Below are positions 31,001-40,380 of a stretch of 64,000 nucleotides of DNA, piece by piece (position 1 is the first letter of the stretch; each line of letters opens with the position of its first letter). The notes beneath the pieces were generated by a model. That model ran no database searches, was not told the DNA's origin, and saw nothing but the letters and a program-made list of their open reading frames with translations. The stretch lies in assembly GCA_964513845.1 (NCBI GenBank), contig CAZENT010000003.1, positions 70,809 through 134,808 on the forward strand, given 5' to 3'. The translations under genes were made by a program, and so were the position numbers. The stretch is from an uncultured Pseudomonadales bacterium (lineage in GTDB: Bacteria > Patescibacteriota > Microgenomatia > UBA1400 > MFAQ01).

Positions 31001-32476
31001 ATGGCAAGCAGACTTGAAGAAATACTTAAAGAACGAGAAAAGAAGATAGAAACCCTGAAAAAAATGGGGATTGATTTGTATCCGGCACGCTCTATAAAAG
31101 AAGCTGCCAATAGAGAAGTAGTGGAAAACTTTGAAAAATATGAAGGAAAAACGCTTACTTTAGCCGGAAGAATCATGGCTTGGAGAGAGCACGGTAAACT
31201 AATTTTTGGACAAATTCAAGATCAATCAGGGAAGATTCAGCTTTTTATTCGCGACGATATGATGGCAAAAGCAGACAAAGCTAAACAGACTTTGGGCTTT
31301 GAAGAACTGGACCTTTTGGATATTGGTGACATTATTCAAACCACCGGAGAAGTGGTGAAAACCAGAACAGGTGAAGTATCGATTCAGGTAAAAGAAATAA
31401 AAATATTGACTAAGTCTCGATTACCTCTGCCCGAAAAATGGACCGGCATTGTGGATCCTGATGAGGCTTTTAGAAAAAGATATTTAGATTTGTTGATGAA
31501 TCCAGAAAAAATTGCCAGATTTGAACGAAAGGCAAAGTTTTGGGCTGAGTGCAGATCATTTATGGCCTCCAAAGGATTTATCGAAGTGGAAATGCCAGTA
31601 CTGGAAGCTGTAACAGGAGGAGCAGATGCCAAGCCGTTTGTAACTCACATGAATGCCATCGATCAGGATTTTTACATGAGAATTTCGACAGAACTGTATC
31701 AAAAAAGATTGATTGGAGCCGGATTTGAAAAAATCTACACCTTGGCACCAAATTTCCGCAATGAAGGTATGGATGATGAACATCTGCCTGAGTATTACTC
31801 CTTGGAGTGGTACTGGGCCTATGCTGACTATCGAGACAATATGCAGTTAACTCGTGAACTTTACCGACATGTGGCAAAAGCGGTGTATGGAAAGACAAAA
31901 TTTGTAAGTCGTGGCATGGAGTATGACTTGGCTGATGATTGGAAGGAACTCGATTATCTAAAAGTGATTAAAGAAACAATTGGAATTGATATTGTGAACT
32001 CGACGGATGCTGAGATGATTGAAGCCATCAAAAAGGCCGGAGTGAAATTGACGGGAGAGATTAACAGAGCACGCCTGATAGATAACTGTTGGAAAATAGT
32101 TCGCAAAACGATTGCCGGACCAGCGTTCCTTCTCAATGAGCCCAAATTTATGTCCCCTCTGGCCAAGAGTAAAGCAGAAGATCCGACAATTACCGAGAGA
32201 TTCCACATTATTTTGGCCGGATCTGAACTTGGTAATGGCTATTCAGAACTCAATGATCCTGTGGACCAGAAAGAGAGATTTGAAGAGCAAGAAAAGGCCA
32301 GAGAAAAAGGTGATGAAGAGTCCCAGATGATGGATACTGATTTTTTGGAGATGCTTTCTTACGGAATGCCACCAACGTCAGGATTTGGAATGTCGGAGCG
32401 ACTATTTTGGTTTATGGAAGATGTTTCCGCTCGTGAGGGAACGTTATTTCCACCGCTTCGAACAAAGAAAGATTAA
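31001..32476 (+). CDS. lysS: Lysine--tRNA ligase (class II)
   Basis: OB-fold, RYLDL, GGADAKPF, NFRNEG, ELGNGYSELNDP, GMPPTSG. Confidence 0.96.
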   Translation: MASRLEEILKEREKKIETLKKMGIDLYPARSIKEAANREVVENFEKYEGKTLTLAGRIMAWREHGKLIFGQIQDQSGKIQLFIRDDMMAKADKAKQTLGFEELDLLDIGDIIQTTGEVVKTRTGEVSIQVKEIKILTKSRLPLPEKWTGIVDPDEAFRKRYLDLLMNPEKIARFERKAKFWAECRSFMASKGFIEVEMPVLEAVTGGADAKPFVTHMNAIDQDFYMRISTELYQKRLIGAGFEKIYTLAPNFRNEGMDDEHLPEYYSLEWYWAYADYRDNMQLTRELYRHVAKAVYGKTKFVSRGMEYDLADDWKELDYLKVIKETIGIDIVNSTDAEMIEAIKKAGVKLTGEINRARLIDNCWKIVRKTIAGPAFLLNEPKFMSPLAKSKAEDPTITERFHIILAGSELGNGYSELNDPVDQKERFEEQEKAREKGDEESQMMDTDFLEMLSYGMPPTSGFGMSERLFWFMEDVSAREGTLFPPLRTKKD

Positions 32477-32502
32477 AGGTGTTGGATGATTGTTGTCAAA
32501 GC

Positions 32503-32531
32503 TTGACAAAGATTGTCAATTGAAGTATAGT
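32503..32531 (+). promoter_or_regulatory. Sigma70 promoter with overlapping palindromes (probable TA operator)
   Basis: TTGACA-17 nt-TATAGT, 6 nt before ATG 32538; inverted repeats TTGTCAA-AGC-TTGACAA and TTGACAA-AGA-TTGTCAA overlap the -35. Confidence 0.7.
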
Positions 32532-32537
32532 ATCAAC

Positions 32538-32828
32538 ATGGCAATGATGAATGTTTCGCTACCAGAAAAACAAATTCAAGACGTCGACCTGATGGTGGAA
32601 AAATATGGTTATGCAAATAGAAGTGAGTTTGTAAGATCTGCCTTAAGGTTTGTGTTAAAAAATAAAGTTGTTTCTGATGAAATGACTAGTTTCCCTTTCT
32701 TGGTGGCTAACCCTCTTGATAAACCAGAAGACGTTGTTAAGGATTTTCGAGATACTGGAAAATATAACGAAGAATTTCTTAAAGATTTGGAAGTTGGTTT
32801 AAAGAAAAGTGAGACGCTAAAAAGATAA
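32538..32828 (+). CDS. Ribbon-helix-helix (CopG/NikR-like) antitoxin
   Basis: MNVSLP...GYANRSEFVRSALR; paralogous to 61234-61521. Confidence 0.8.
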   Translation: MAMMNVSLPEKQIQDVDLMVEKYGYANRSEFVRSALRFVLKNKVVSDEMTSFPFLVANPLDKPEDVVKDFRDTGKYNEEFLKDLEVGLKKSETLKR

Positions 32829-33085
32829 ATGTTTGAAGTTTTACCACTAAGGAAAGATCTGGTGATGGTGCTGAAAAAAAATATGGATTGGAACGTAAGT
32901 TTGAGAAACAAATGACCTATCTTCGTGAAAATCCTAAACATCCAAGCTTAAATCTTGAATTGATGGAGCCAAAGAGCAGAAGACTTTATAGCATCAGAAT
33001 TGATCGACAGTATCGTGCCTTGCTTAAGTTTTTGCCTGATAAAGAAAGTATTGAAATTATATTGATAACAAACCACTATCATTAA
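32829..33085 (+). pseudogene. RelE/ParE-superfamily toxin interrupted by a frameshift at A8 (32874-32881)
   Basis: ATG 32829 reads MFEVLPLRKDLVMVLKK; the -1 frame continues YGLERKFEKQ...HPSL...YSIRIDRQYRA, matching the intact paralog at 61522. Confidence 0.75.
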
Positions 33086-33113
33086 GGTTGTATAATAAAA
33101 TAATAAGTGAATT

Positions 33114-33240
33114 GCTTTGGTGATCCGACTACCAATCGGGGAAAAGCAGGGGGTGAGCACCAACGCTCTGTATTAAGAGGCTACCTAGCAAGCAAGATGG
33201 AACCGTCCGAAAGGACTCTTGCAAGAAGGGTAGTTTTTTT
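33114..33240 (+). promoter_or_regulatory. T-box riboswitch (Thr specifier, ultrashort Stem I) upstream of thrS
   Basis: Stem I GCTTT-GGTGAT-CCGA-CTACCAA-TCGG-GGA-AAAGC with ACC at 33131-33133; antiterminator GCAAGA-TGGAACC-GTCC-GAAA-GGAC-TCTTGC; U-run 33234-33240; TATAAT at 33091. Confidence 0.8.
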
Positions 33241-33262
33241 GTTATTAACAAATTATTGATAC

Positions 33263-33414
33263 AAGAACTTCGTTGTATCTATTTGAAAAACCGAACGCTA
33301 TTTGGCCTGCGCCAAATTCGTTCTTGTTTGCAGTCAAAAACTTTTTGAATACAAAAAGACCGGGCTTTTTGACTTGCGCAATATTTTTCAAATCAGATAA
33401 CAACTGCAGTTCTT
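33263..33414 (+). repeat. Structured repeat family R2, copy in thrS leader
   Basis: Closing stem, hairpin ATTTGGC-CTGC-GCCAAAT, hairpin with ACCGGGC bulge, then TGCGCAAT. Confidence 0.85.
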
Positions 33415-33430
33415 TAATTATTTAAACAAA

Positions 33431-35197
33431 ATGGAAGAGCAAAAACTAAATGCACTTAGACATAGTGCCGAACATATATTAACTCAGGCGATGGAGAAGC
33501 TTTGGCCTGGCATAATACTTAAAGCCATGGGGCCTTCAATTGAGACCGGGTTTTATTTTGACTTTGATACCACAAATGGCTTCAAAGTAACTGAAGCAGA
33601 TTTTCCCAAGATTGAAAAAGAGATGAAAAAGATAGTGCAACTCAATTTGCCTTTTGAAAAATTCATAGTAACAGCGGAAGAGGCCAGAAAGATGTTCGCT
33701 GATAATCCATATAAACAAGAGTGGATTGAAAAAGCGGAAAAAGAGGGAGAAGAAATTTCGGTTTACTGGACTGGTGACCCTGGAAAGGGTGGCTCGTTTG
33801 TAGATGTTTGTGCCGGACCTCATGTGGCCAGAACAATTGAAGTTAAAGTCTTTAAACTCTTGTCGATTGCGGGAGCTTACTGGCACGGTGATGAAAAAAA
33901 CAAGATGCTTACCAGAATCTATGGGACGGCTTTTGAAACACAGGAAGAGCTGGATAAATATGTGTCACTTTTGGAAGAAGCCAGGAAACGCGATCATAGA
34001 AAACTAGGAAAAGAGATGGATTTGTTTTCTTTTTCGGACTTGATTGGCAGCGGATTACCTCTTTATTCTCCCAAAGGTGCTTTCATAAGACGAACGCTAA
34101 ATAATTTTGTAGAAGAGATGCAGATTGCTGAAGGATATACCCAGGTCTGGACACCTCAAATTGCAAAAGCAGATCTGTTTAAAACTTCAGGTCACTATGA
34201 CAAATACAAGGACTCGATGTTCCGAGTAGTTTCCAATTACTCCGACGAAGAGATGTTTCTTAAGCCGATGAACTGTCCACAACATACACAAATTTTTGCG
34301 GCACAGAGTCGAAGCTATCGAGATTTACCTTTGCGCCTGACTGACTTTGCAATGCTTTATCGTGATGAAAAACCGGGTGAGCTATCTGGCCTTGCTCGAG
34401 CAAGAGCTTTCTCACAAGATGATTGTCATATTTTTTGCCGTGAAGATCAGGTGGATGCAGAAATTGATATGGCTTTGCAGATGACGAAGAAAATTATGAG
34501 CACTTTTGGATTTAAGTATAAATACAGACTTTCAACTCGTGACCTTCAACATCCGGAAAAATATTTGGGGGATCCTAAGATTTGGGATAAAGTAGAAAAA
34601 TGGGCGGAAGTAATCATGGAAAGAAACGGTATTGAGTACTTCCAAGGACCCGGAGAAGCGGCTTTTTATGCTCCTAAAATGGATTTGATTGCAACCGATG
34701 CCTTGGGAAGAGAGTGGCAGCTATCAACAGTACAAATTGACTTTGTGATGCCTGAGCGATTTGGATTGGTATATACCGATCAAGATGGAACCCAGAAACA
34801 TCCAGTAATGCTTCATCGAGCTATTATCGGTTCGGCTGAACGCATGATGATGATTCTCATCGAACATTTTGGTGGGGCTTTTCCAACATGGCTATCACCA
34901 ACTCAAGTAACAATCTTGCCTATTTCTGAGAAGACTATGGAGTATTCCGAAGGTGTTAATAAAAAACTGCTGGAAAAAGGGATTCGAGTTGAGCTAAATC
35001 GTGATGCTGATTCTCTGGGAAAGAAAATCCGCAATGCAGAAGCTTCGAAAGTGCCTTACATGTTAATCATTGGTGAAAAAGAAGCGGAGGCAAAAGAAGT
35101 GTCTGTGCGTCAACGTGGTCAGAAAGATTTGGGGTCAATGACTGTGGCTGATTTTGCTGAGAAGATAGCTAAAGAGATTGAGGAGAAAAGTTTATAG
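33431..35197 (+). CDS. thrS: Threonine--tRNA ligase
   Basis: RHSAEH, DVCAGPHV, RDHRKLG, LKPMNCPQH, QDDCH, HRAIIGS. Confidence 0.97.
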   Translation: MEEQKLNALRHSAEHILTQAMEKLWPGIILKAMGPSIETGFYFDFDTTNGFKVTEADFPKIEKEMKKIVQLNLPFEKFIVTAEEARKMFADNPYKQEWIEKAEKEGEEISVYWTGDPGKGGSFVDVCAGPHVARTIEVKVFKLLSIAGAYWHGDEKNKMLTRIYGTAFETQEELDKYVSLLEEARKRDHRKLGKEMDLFSFSDLIGSGLPLYSPKGAFIRRTLNNFVEEMQIAEGYTQVWTPQIAKADLFKTSGHYDKYKDSMFRVVSNYSDEEMFLKPMNCPQHTQIFAAQSRSYRDLPLRLTDFAMLYRDEKPGELSGLARARAFSQDDCHIFCREDQVDAEIDMALQMTKKIMSTFGFKYKYRLSTRDLQHPEKYLGDPKIWDKVEKWAEVIMERNGIEYFQGPGEAAFYAPKMDLIATDALGREWQLSTVQIDFVMPERFGLVYTDQDGTQKHPVMLHRAIIGSAERMMMILIEHFGGAFPTWLSPTQVTILPISEKTMEYSEGVNKKLLEKGIRVELNRDADSLGKKIRNAEASKVPYMLIIGEKEAEAKEVSVRQRGQKDLGSMTVADFAEKIAKEIEEKSL

Positions 35198-35206
35198 AGG
35201 CCTGAC

Positions 35207-35398
35207 AAAATATCTCTCCTTTTCCTCTTTTGTCATTTAGTATTTTATGACGTCGCAAAAGCGACCGTCGGTTCCTATTTTCTTGATTCTCGCCCGCTCA
35301 TCGCGTAGGCTCGCAGACAGTAGTCTGAAAATCAAGAAAATTACGGACGTGCGACTCATTGTCAAAAATACTAAATGCCAAACGGAAAGAGAAATTTT
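35207..35398 (+). repeat. Structured repeat family R1, copy 3
   Basis: Same as 18428-18615; between thrS and tyrS. Confidence 0.9.
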
Positions 35399-35475
35399 TT
35401 TCTATTGGACTAGTACATAGAAACGAACAATATCGATATAGATGAACCACGCCTAGAATGAGTTACAATAGCTAT

Positions 35476-36681
35476 ATGGAAGAAGCTGAGAAAAAAGCCA
35501 AAATTGAGAGTTTTCTGACTCGAGGAGTGGAAAACATTGTGCCGAATAGACAAGAGATTGAAAAGCTTTTGTATTCGGGGAAAGTTTTGAATGTTTATAT
35601 GGGCATAGATCCAACCGCAACCAGAATACATTTGGGACACGCCTTTCCTTTGCGTAAACTGCAGTTATTATCTGAGTTGGGACATCACGTGACTTTTCTG
35701 ATTGGTGATTTTACAGCGACAGTTGGAGATACTTCGGATAAGGAAGCAGAGAGGCCGATGTTAACCCATGAACAGATTGAAGAAAATTTTCAGACTTACA
35801 AAAGACAAGCGAAAAAAATAATTGATCTTTCCAAAATCGAGACGCATTTTAATAGCGAGTGGCTCAGCAAACTCGACTTTGCCGCTGTTTTGAAATTAAC
35901 CAGACATTTTTCACTTAATGACTTTATTGGTCGAGAACTAATCAAAAAAAGACTACAAGAAGGGAAAAGTATTAGTTTGCCCGAAGTGCTTTATCCAATC
36001 ATGCAAGGTTATGACAGTATGGTTTTGGATACCGATATTCAGATTGGTGGTACAGATCAGATTTTCAATATGCAAGCGGGGAGAACCTTAATTAAGGATT
36101 TAAAAGAGAAAGATTCCTTTATTGTGGCGAATGGCTTTTTACCTGGTACTGATGGCCGTAAAATGAGTAAAACCTGGGGGAATGCTATTTGGCTTGAGGA
36201 CTCACCTGAAGAAGTCTTTGGAAAAGTAATGTCAGTATCCGACGATATGATCATCACTTACTACACCATGGGAACTAATGCTCCTCAAAGCGAAATTGAT
36301 GAAGCAAAAAAACGCTTGGAAAGTGGTGAAAATCCAATGAATATCAAGCGAGAACTGGGAAGGGTAATTGTTCGCGAGCTTTGCGGAAAAGATGAGGTAG
36401 AGGCAGCTGAAGAGTTTTTTCAAAAAACCGTGGTGGAAAAGAAAGTTGATGAAAACGCTCCAGAAGTGAGATGGGATAAAGAAACAATTACTGTTGAAGA
36501 CATAATTAGAATGATGGTAGAGCTGTCAATGTCATCGAGTAACGGAGAAGCAAAAAGACTAATTGAACAAGGAGGAGTTTACTTAAATGAAGTGAGAGTG
36601 GAGAAAAAATCGGTGGATCTGCCTGTAGGTAAGGGGATTGTCAGGGTAGGAAAGAGAAAATATATAAAAATTAGTAGATAA
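35476..36681 (+). CDS. tyrS: Tyrosine--tRNA ligase
   Basis: GIDPTATRIHLGH, YPIMQGYD, QIGGTDQ, KMSKT, C-terminal S4 domain. Confidence 0.96.
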   Translation: MEEAEKKAKIESFLTRGVENIVPNRQEIEKLLYSGKVLNVYMGIDPTATRIHLGHAFPLRKLQLLSELGHHVTFLIGDFTATVGDTSDKEAERPMLTHEQIEENFQTYKRQAKKIIDLSKIETHFNSEWLSKLDFAAVLKLTRHFSLNDFIGRELIKKRLQEGKSISLPEVLYPIMQGYDSMVLDTDIQIGGTDQIFNMQAGRTLIKDLKEKDSFIVANGFLPGTDGRKMSKTWGNAIWLEDSPEEVFGKVMSVSDDMIITYYTMGTNAPQSEIDEAKKRLESGENPMNIKRELGRVIVRELCGKDEVEAAEEFFQKTVVEKKVDENAPEVRWDKETITVEDIIRMMVELSMSSSNGEAKRLIEQGGVYLNEVRVEKKSVDLPVGKGIVRVGKRKYIKISR

Positions 36682-36692
36682 TCTGATATCAA

Positions 36693-38006
36693 ATGACAAA
36701 AGTAACACCAAGAATTCAAGCAGGTTTTATGGAGCTGCTTCCGGCAGAACAAATTCTGTTTAATAAAATGATGAGGACGATATCGGAAACTTTTGAAGAG
36801 TTTGGATATGCACCCTTGGATACGCCTTTGGTGGAAAACGCCGAAGTACTTTTTGCTCAGATAGGTGAAGATACCCAAAAGGAAGTTTATCGTTTTTCCA
36901 AAGGAGATGACGAGCTGGGACTGCGCTTTGACCTGACGGTACCATTTGCTAGATATGTGGCGATGAGAAGCAATAATCTGACATTTCCCTTCCGTAGATA
37001 TCAAATAGGTAAGGCATATCGAGGAGAGCGACCTCAAAAGGGACGTTTCCGCGAGTTTTATCAAGCAGACATCGACATCATTGGAAATGGTTCTTTGGCT
37101 GTGGTGAACGATGCAGAGATGCCGGCAGTAATTAATCGAGTTTTTGAAAAATTACAGTTGGGAGAGTTTTTAATTCGGATAAGTAATCGAAGAATTTTAA
37201 GCGGATTGTTGGAAAATTGGAATATTAGTGAAAAACGAGATGATGCTCTGAGAATTATTGACAAACTTGAAAAAATTGGAGCTGATTCCGTTAAACAAAT
37301 GCTGGTAGATTTGGGAATTAACATGTCGGACGTGATTAAGATAATGGATTTTGTTTGTTTGGCTGGAAACAACCAACAGATGTTGGAAAGTTTGCGAAAA
37401 ATGGAAGTGGAAAATGAGTTGTTTAAAACCGGGGTAGAAGAACTAGCGGAAGTAGTTAAAAAATCTTTGGAGTTTGGAGTCCCAGAAAAGAATATTAAAA
37501 TTGATTTATCGGTAGTTCGCGGTTTGTCGTATTACACTGGAACTGTTTACGAAACAAAACTTTTAGATGATAGAGTAATGGGAAGTGTTTGTGGTGGTGG
37601 AAGATATGACAACTTGGCAGAAAGCTATACTGATCAAAAATTTCCTGGAGTAGGAGTGTCGATTGGATTAACTAGATTATTTTCTCAATTATTAAGCTCT
37701 GGAATGATTAAAGCGGGTGCGGCAACCCCGGCAAAATTATTAGTTGTGCCTATGGAAGCAGATATGCCTTTTGCTATGGAGGTGGCGGCTAATTTGAGGA
37801 AACTGGGAGTGCCAACAGAGTTGTACACCGAAGATGATAAATTCAAGAAAAAATTGATGTATGCCAATAGAATTGGTGTGCCGTATGTAGCGATTATTGG
37901 AGAAGATGAAGTGGCCAAAAAGAAAATTGCTCTGAAAAACATGACGACAGGAGAACAGGAAATGATGGATGTGAAGTCTGCGGCAATGAAGATTTTAAGT
38001 TTATAG
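36693..38006 (+). CDS. hisS: Histidine--tRNA ligase
   Basis: LRFDLTVPFARY, YRGERPQKGRFREFYQ, RGLSYYTG, GGGRYD. Confidence 0.97.
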   Translation: MTKVTPRIQAGFMELLPAEQILFNKMMRTISETFEEFGYAPLDTPLVENAEVLFAQIGEDTQKEVYRFSKGDDELGLRFDLTVPFARYVAMRSNNLTFPFRRYQIGKAYRGERPQKGRFREFYQADIDIIGNGSLAVVNDAEMPAVINRVFEKLQLGEFLIRISNRRILSGLLENWNISEKRDDALRIIDKLEKIGADSVKQMLVDLGINMSDVIKIMDFVCLAGNNQQMLESLRKMEVENELFKTGVEELAEVVKKSLEFGVPEKNIKIDLSVVRGLSYYTGTVYETKLLDDRVMGSVCGGGRYDNLAESYTDQKFPGVGVSIGLTRLFSQLLSSGMIKAGAATPAKLLVVPMEADMPFAMEVAANLRKLGVPTELYTEDDKFKKKLMYANRIGVPYVAIIGEDEVAKKKIALKNMTTGEQEMMDVKSAAMKILSL

Positions 38007-38043
38007 ACTGGTCTTGGTGACAAATAAACTATAATAAAATTGA

Positions 38044-38673
38044 ATGAGGGTAAATTTAATAAACAAGAGTTTTACTTTGTTGGAAGTTTTGATTGCGATG
38101 GCTATATTGTCAATTTTGACGATGATATCGATGATTGTGATTCCTACTCAGCTAGCGAAAGCGTATGACTCTCGTCGAAAAGCAGATCTTCATGAAATAA
38201 AAATAAATCTGGAAGAGTATTACGATATGGCTGGACAGTATCCCGAAGAACTTCCTGAGTGTGGAAAAGCGTTTGTGTTTGGAACTCGGGAAATAATGAA
38301 CTCAATACCGTGCGATCCAACTTCGAAAGAATCTTATTTTTATCAAATAAGAAGAGGAGATCTGCAATCGTTTCGAATTTATACAAATTTGGCAAGAGAT
38401 AATGATATTTCAATAGCCGATGTAGGTTGTGGTGGTGGTTGTGGACCAGATTGTTTTTATAACTATGGAGTGTCGAGCTCTAATATTGGCTTAGTTAAGT
38501 GTTCATATGTTTGCGCTCCAGGAGGGGGTCGATTAGGGTCGTGTGAGCTGTATCAGGATACTGAGATAAGTCTATGTCCTCTGTTATTTTATGACGACTC
38601 GACCTGTAAAAATAAATGTGACGATCCTAAAAATAGGTGTGAGAATGCAAGTGGAAAACAAAAACCGTATTAA
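38044..38673 (+). CDS. Type IV pilin / pseudopilin-like protein, Cys-rich
   Basis: SFTLLEVLIAMAIL prepilin motif, KAYDSRRKADL, 12 Cys in the globular domain. Confidence 0.82.
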   Translation: MRVNLINKSFTLLEVLIAMAILSILTMISMIVIPTQLAKAYDSRRKADLHEIKINLEEYYDMAGQYPEELPECGKAFVFGTREIMNSIPCDPTSKESYFYQIRRGDLQSFRIYTNLARDNDISIADVGCGGGCGPDCFYNYGVSSSNIGLVKCSYVCAPGGGRLGSCELYQDTEISLCPLLFYDDSTCKNKCDDPKNRCENASGKQKPY

Positions 38674-38749
38674 TTTTCTTCGGAGGTGATAAAATCATCA
38701 GGCGAGGAGACGAATTAGACATTAAACTATACCTTCAAGCAAAAATATT

Positions 38750-38950
38750 ATGACAGGAACGGTTAAAACAAAAACAGATAAAGGGTTCGGATTTATCTCC
38801 CGCGAAGGAGAAACAAAAGACCTCTTTTTTCATTCCAACGATTTAGTTGGTATTTCATTTGATCAACTTCAAACAGGAGCAGTCGTCTCTTTTGATATTG
38901 AACAAGGACCAAAAGGACCAGCTGCAAAGAACGTAAAAATTGCTGAGTAA
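38750..38950 (+). CDS. Cold-shock protein
   Basis: GTVK...KGFGFI, DLFFH, GPKGPAAKNV. Confidence 0.95.
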   Translation: MTGTVKTKTDKGFGFISREGETKDLFFHSNDLVGISFDQLQTGAVVSFDIEQGPKGPAAKNVKIAE

Positions 38951-38973
38951 TTTTTGATTTAGAAAAACAAATT

Positions 38974-39000
38974 AGGCTTCGCTTCGGCGGGGCCTTTTTT
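38974..39000 (+). terminator. Intrinsic terminator
   Basis: AGGCTTCGC-TTCG-GCGGGGCCT followed by T run. Confidence 0.8.
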
Positions 39001-39005
39001 GTGAC

Positions 39006-40379
39006 TTAAATAAGAGCTGAGAGAAGATCGGCTATCTTAACTCGCTTCTGTTCGGCTGAGTCGCGTTCTCTGACAGTCACGGTGTTGTCTTCAAGGGTGG
39101 TGTAATCGACTGTAATGCAGTAAGGAGTACCGATTTCATCTTGGGTGAAGTAACGTTTGCCAATATTGCCTCTTTCATCTAGTACTACGCGCATGCTTTT
39201 CTTTAAATCATTGAAGATCTCCTTGGCTTTGGTACTGAGCTCTTCTTTGTTGCCAACTAAGGGGAAGACGGCAACTTTGTATGGAGCTAGGACGGCCGGT
39301 AGCTTCATAATTACTCTTTGTTTTTCGGTGTCTTCGTAATAAGCGTTCATCAAAATAATGGTAAGAAGACGAGAAAGGCCAAAGGTGGGTTCAATAACAT
39401 GAGGAAGATATTTTTCCTGAGTAAATGGATCTGTGTATCGAAGATCGACACCGGATTTCTCCATGTGATTTTTGAGATCAAAGTCAGTGCGATATGCCAA
39501 ACCCCACATCTCCTTGAAACCCCAGGGGAACTCGTATTCAAGATCCTCAGTGCGTTTACTGTAATGAGCCAGCTCTTCTTTGGTATGGGCTCTCCAGCGA
39601 AGTTTTTCGGCAGGTAGTCCAAGTGAAACAGCGAAATCAAACATTTCCTTTTTCCAGTACTCGAAATGTTTTTCCCATTCATCTGGCTTAACAAAATACT
39701 CAAACTCGGCGAGGTCGAACTCAAGAGTACGGAAAGTAAACTTGCCCATGGTAATCTCGTTGCGGAAAACCTTGCCTGATTGAGCAAGTCCAAATGGTAG
39801 CTTGGGATGAATGGAGTCGATAACTTGTTTGAAGTCGACAAACATGCCTTGAGCAAGCTCACCTCTGAGATATGCCGTAGATTTTCCTTCGGTAATAATA
39901 CCGATCTGAGTTTCAAAAAGTTGATTGAAATTTCTGACCTTGGTCCAGGTTTTGTTGCCACACTTGGGGCATTTGATACCTTTTTCTTGAATAATAGTAT
40001 CAAGCTCTTCAAGTGGTTTACCTTCAACATTTTCAATATCCTTAACAGCATCTTCGATCAAATGGTCTGCGCGGGTGCGGAAATGGCAAGTAAGACAGTC
40101 AATTAAGACATTGGTGAAGTTGGCGGTATGTCCGGATGCATCCCAAACCTTGGGGCTCATTAGAACAGAAGTGTCCAAGCCAAACATGTCTGTACGGTTG
40201 GTGACAAAAGTGGTCCACCAAAGGTTGATGAGATTTCTTTTTAGCTCAGTTCCTAGAGGACCAAAGTCGTAGGTGTTGGCCAAACCGCCATAAATTTCAG
40301 AACCGGGAAATATAAAACCACGACGTTTGGAAAGAGAGATGATCTTTTCGAGAGTGTTATCCTTGGTGGGTTTTTCCAT
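39006..40379 (-). CDS. glyS: Glycine--tRNA ligase, alpha2 (eukaryote/archaea-type)
   Basis: KRRGFIFPGSEIYGG, YLRGELAQG, FRNEI, PHVIEPTFG, IGKRY...DEIGTP. Confidence 0.95.
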   Translation of the reverse strand: MEKPTKDNTLEKIISLSKRRGFIFPGSEIYGGLANTYDFGPLGTELKRNLINLWWTTFVTNRTDMFGLDTSVLMSPKVWDASGHTANFTNVLIDCLTCHFRTRADHLIEDAVKDIENVEGKPLEELDTIIQEKGIKCPKCGNKTWTKVRNFNQLFETQIGIITEGKSTAYLRGELAQGMFVDFKQVIDSIHPKLPFGLAQSGKVFRNEITMGKFTFRTLEFDLAEFEYFVKPDEWEKHFEYWKKEMFDFAVSLGLPAEKLRWRAHTKEELAHYSKRTEDLEYEFPWGFKEMWGLAYRTDFDLKNHMEKSGVDLRYTDPFTQEKYLPHVIEPTFGLSRLLTIILMNAYYEDTEKQRVIMKLPAVLAPYKVAVFPLVGNKEELSTKAKEIFNDLKKSMRVVLDERGNIGKRYFTQDEIGTPYCITVDYTTLEDNTVTVRERDSAEQKRVKIADLLSALI

Positions 40380-40380
40380 A

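Noticed and set aside
35400-35475. T-boxes before tyrS, leuS, trpS and other aaRS genes
   Set aside because: No UGGNACC antiterminator found; several of these starts look leaderless.
39350-40051. 233 aa alternate-frame ORF within glyS and other long antisense ORFs (e.g. 54542-55186, 10315-10830)
   Set aside because: Shadow frames of well-supported genes.
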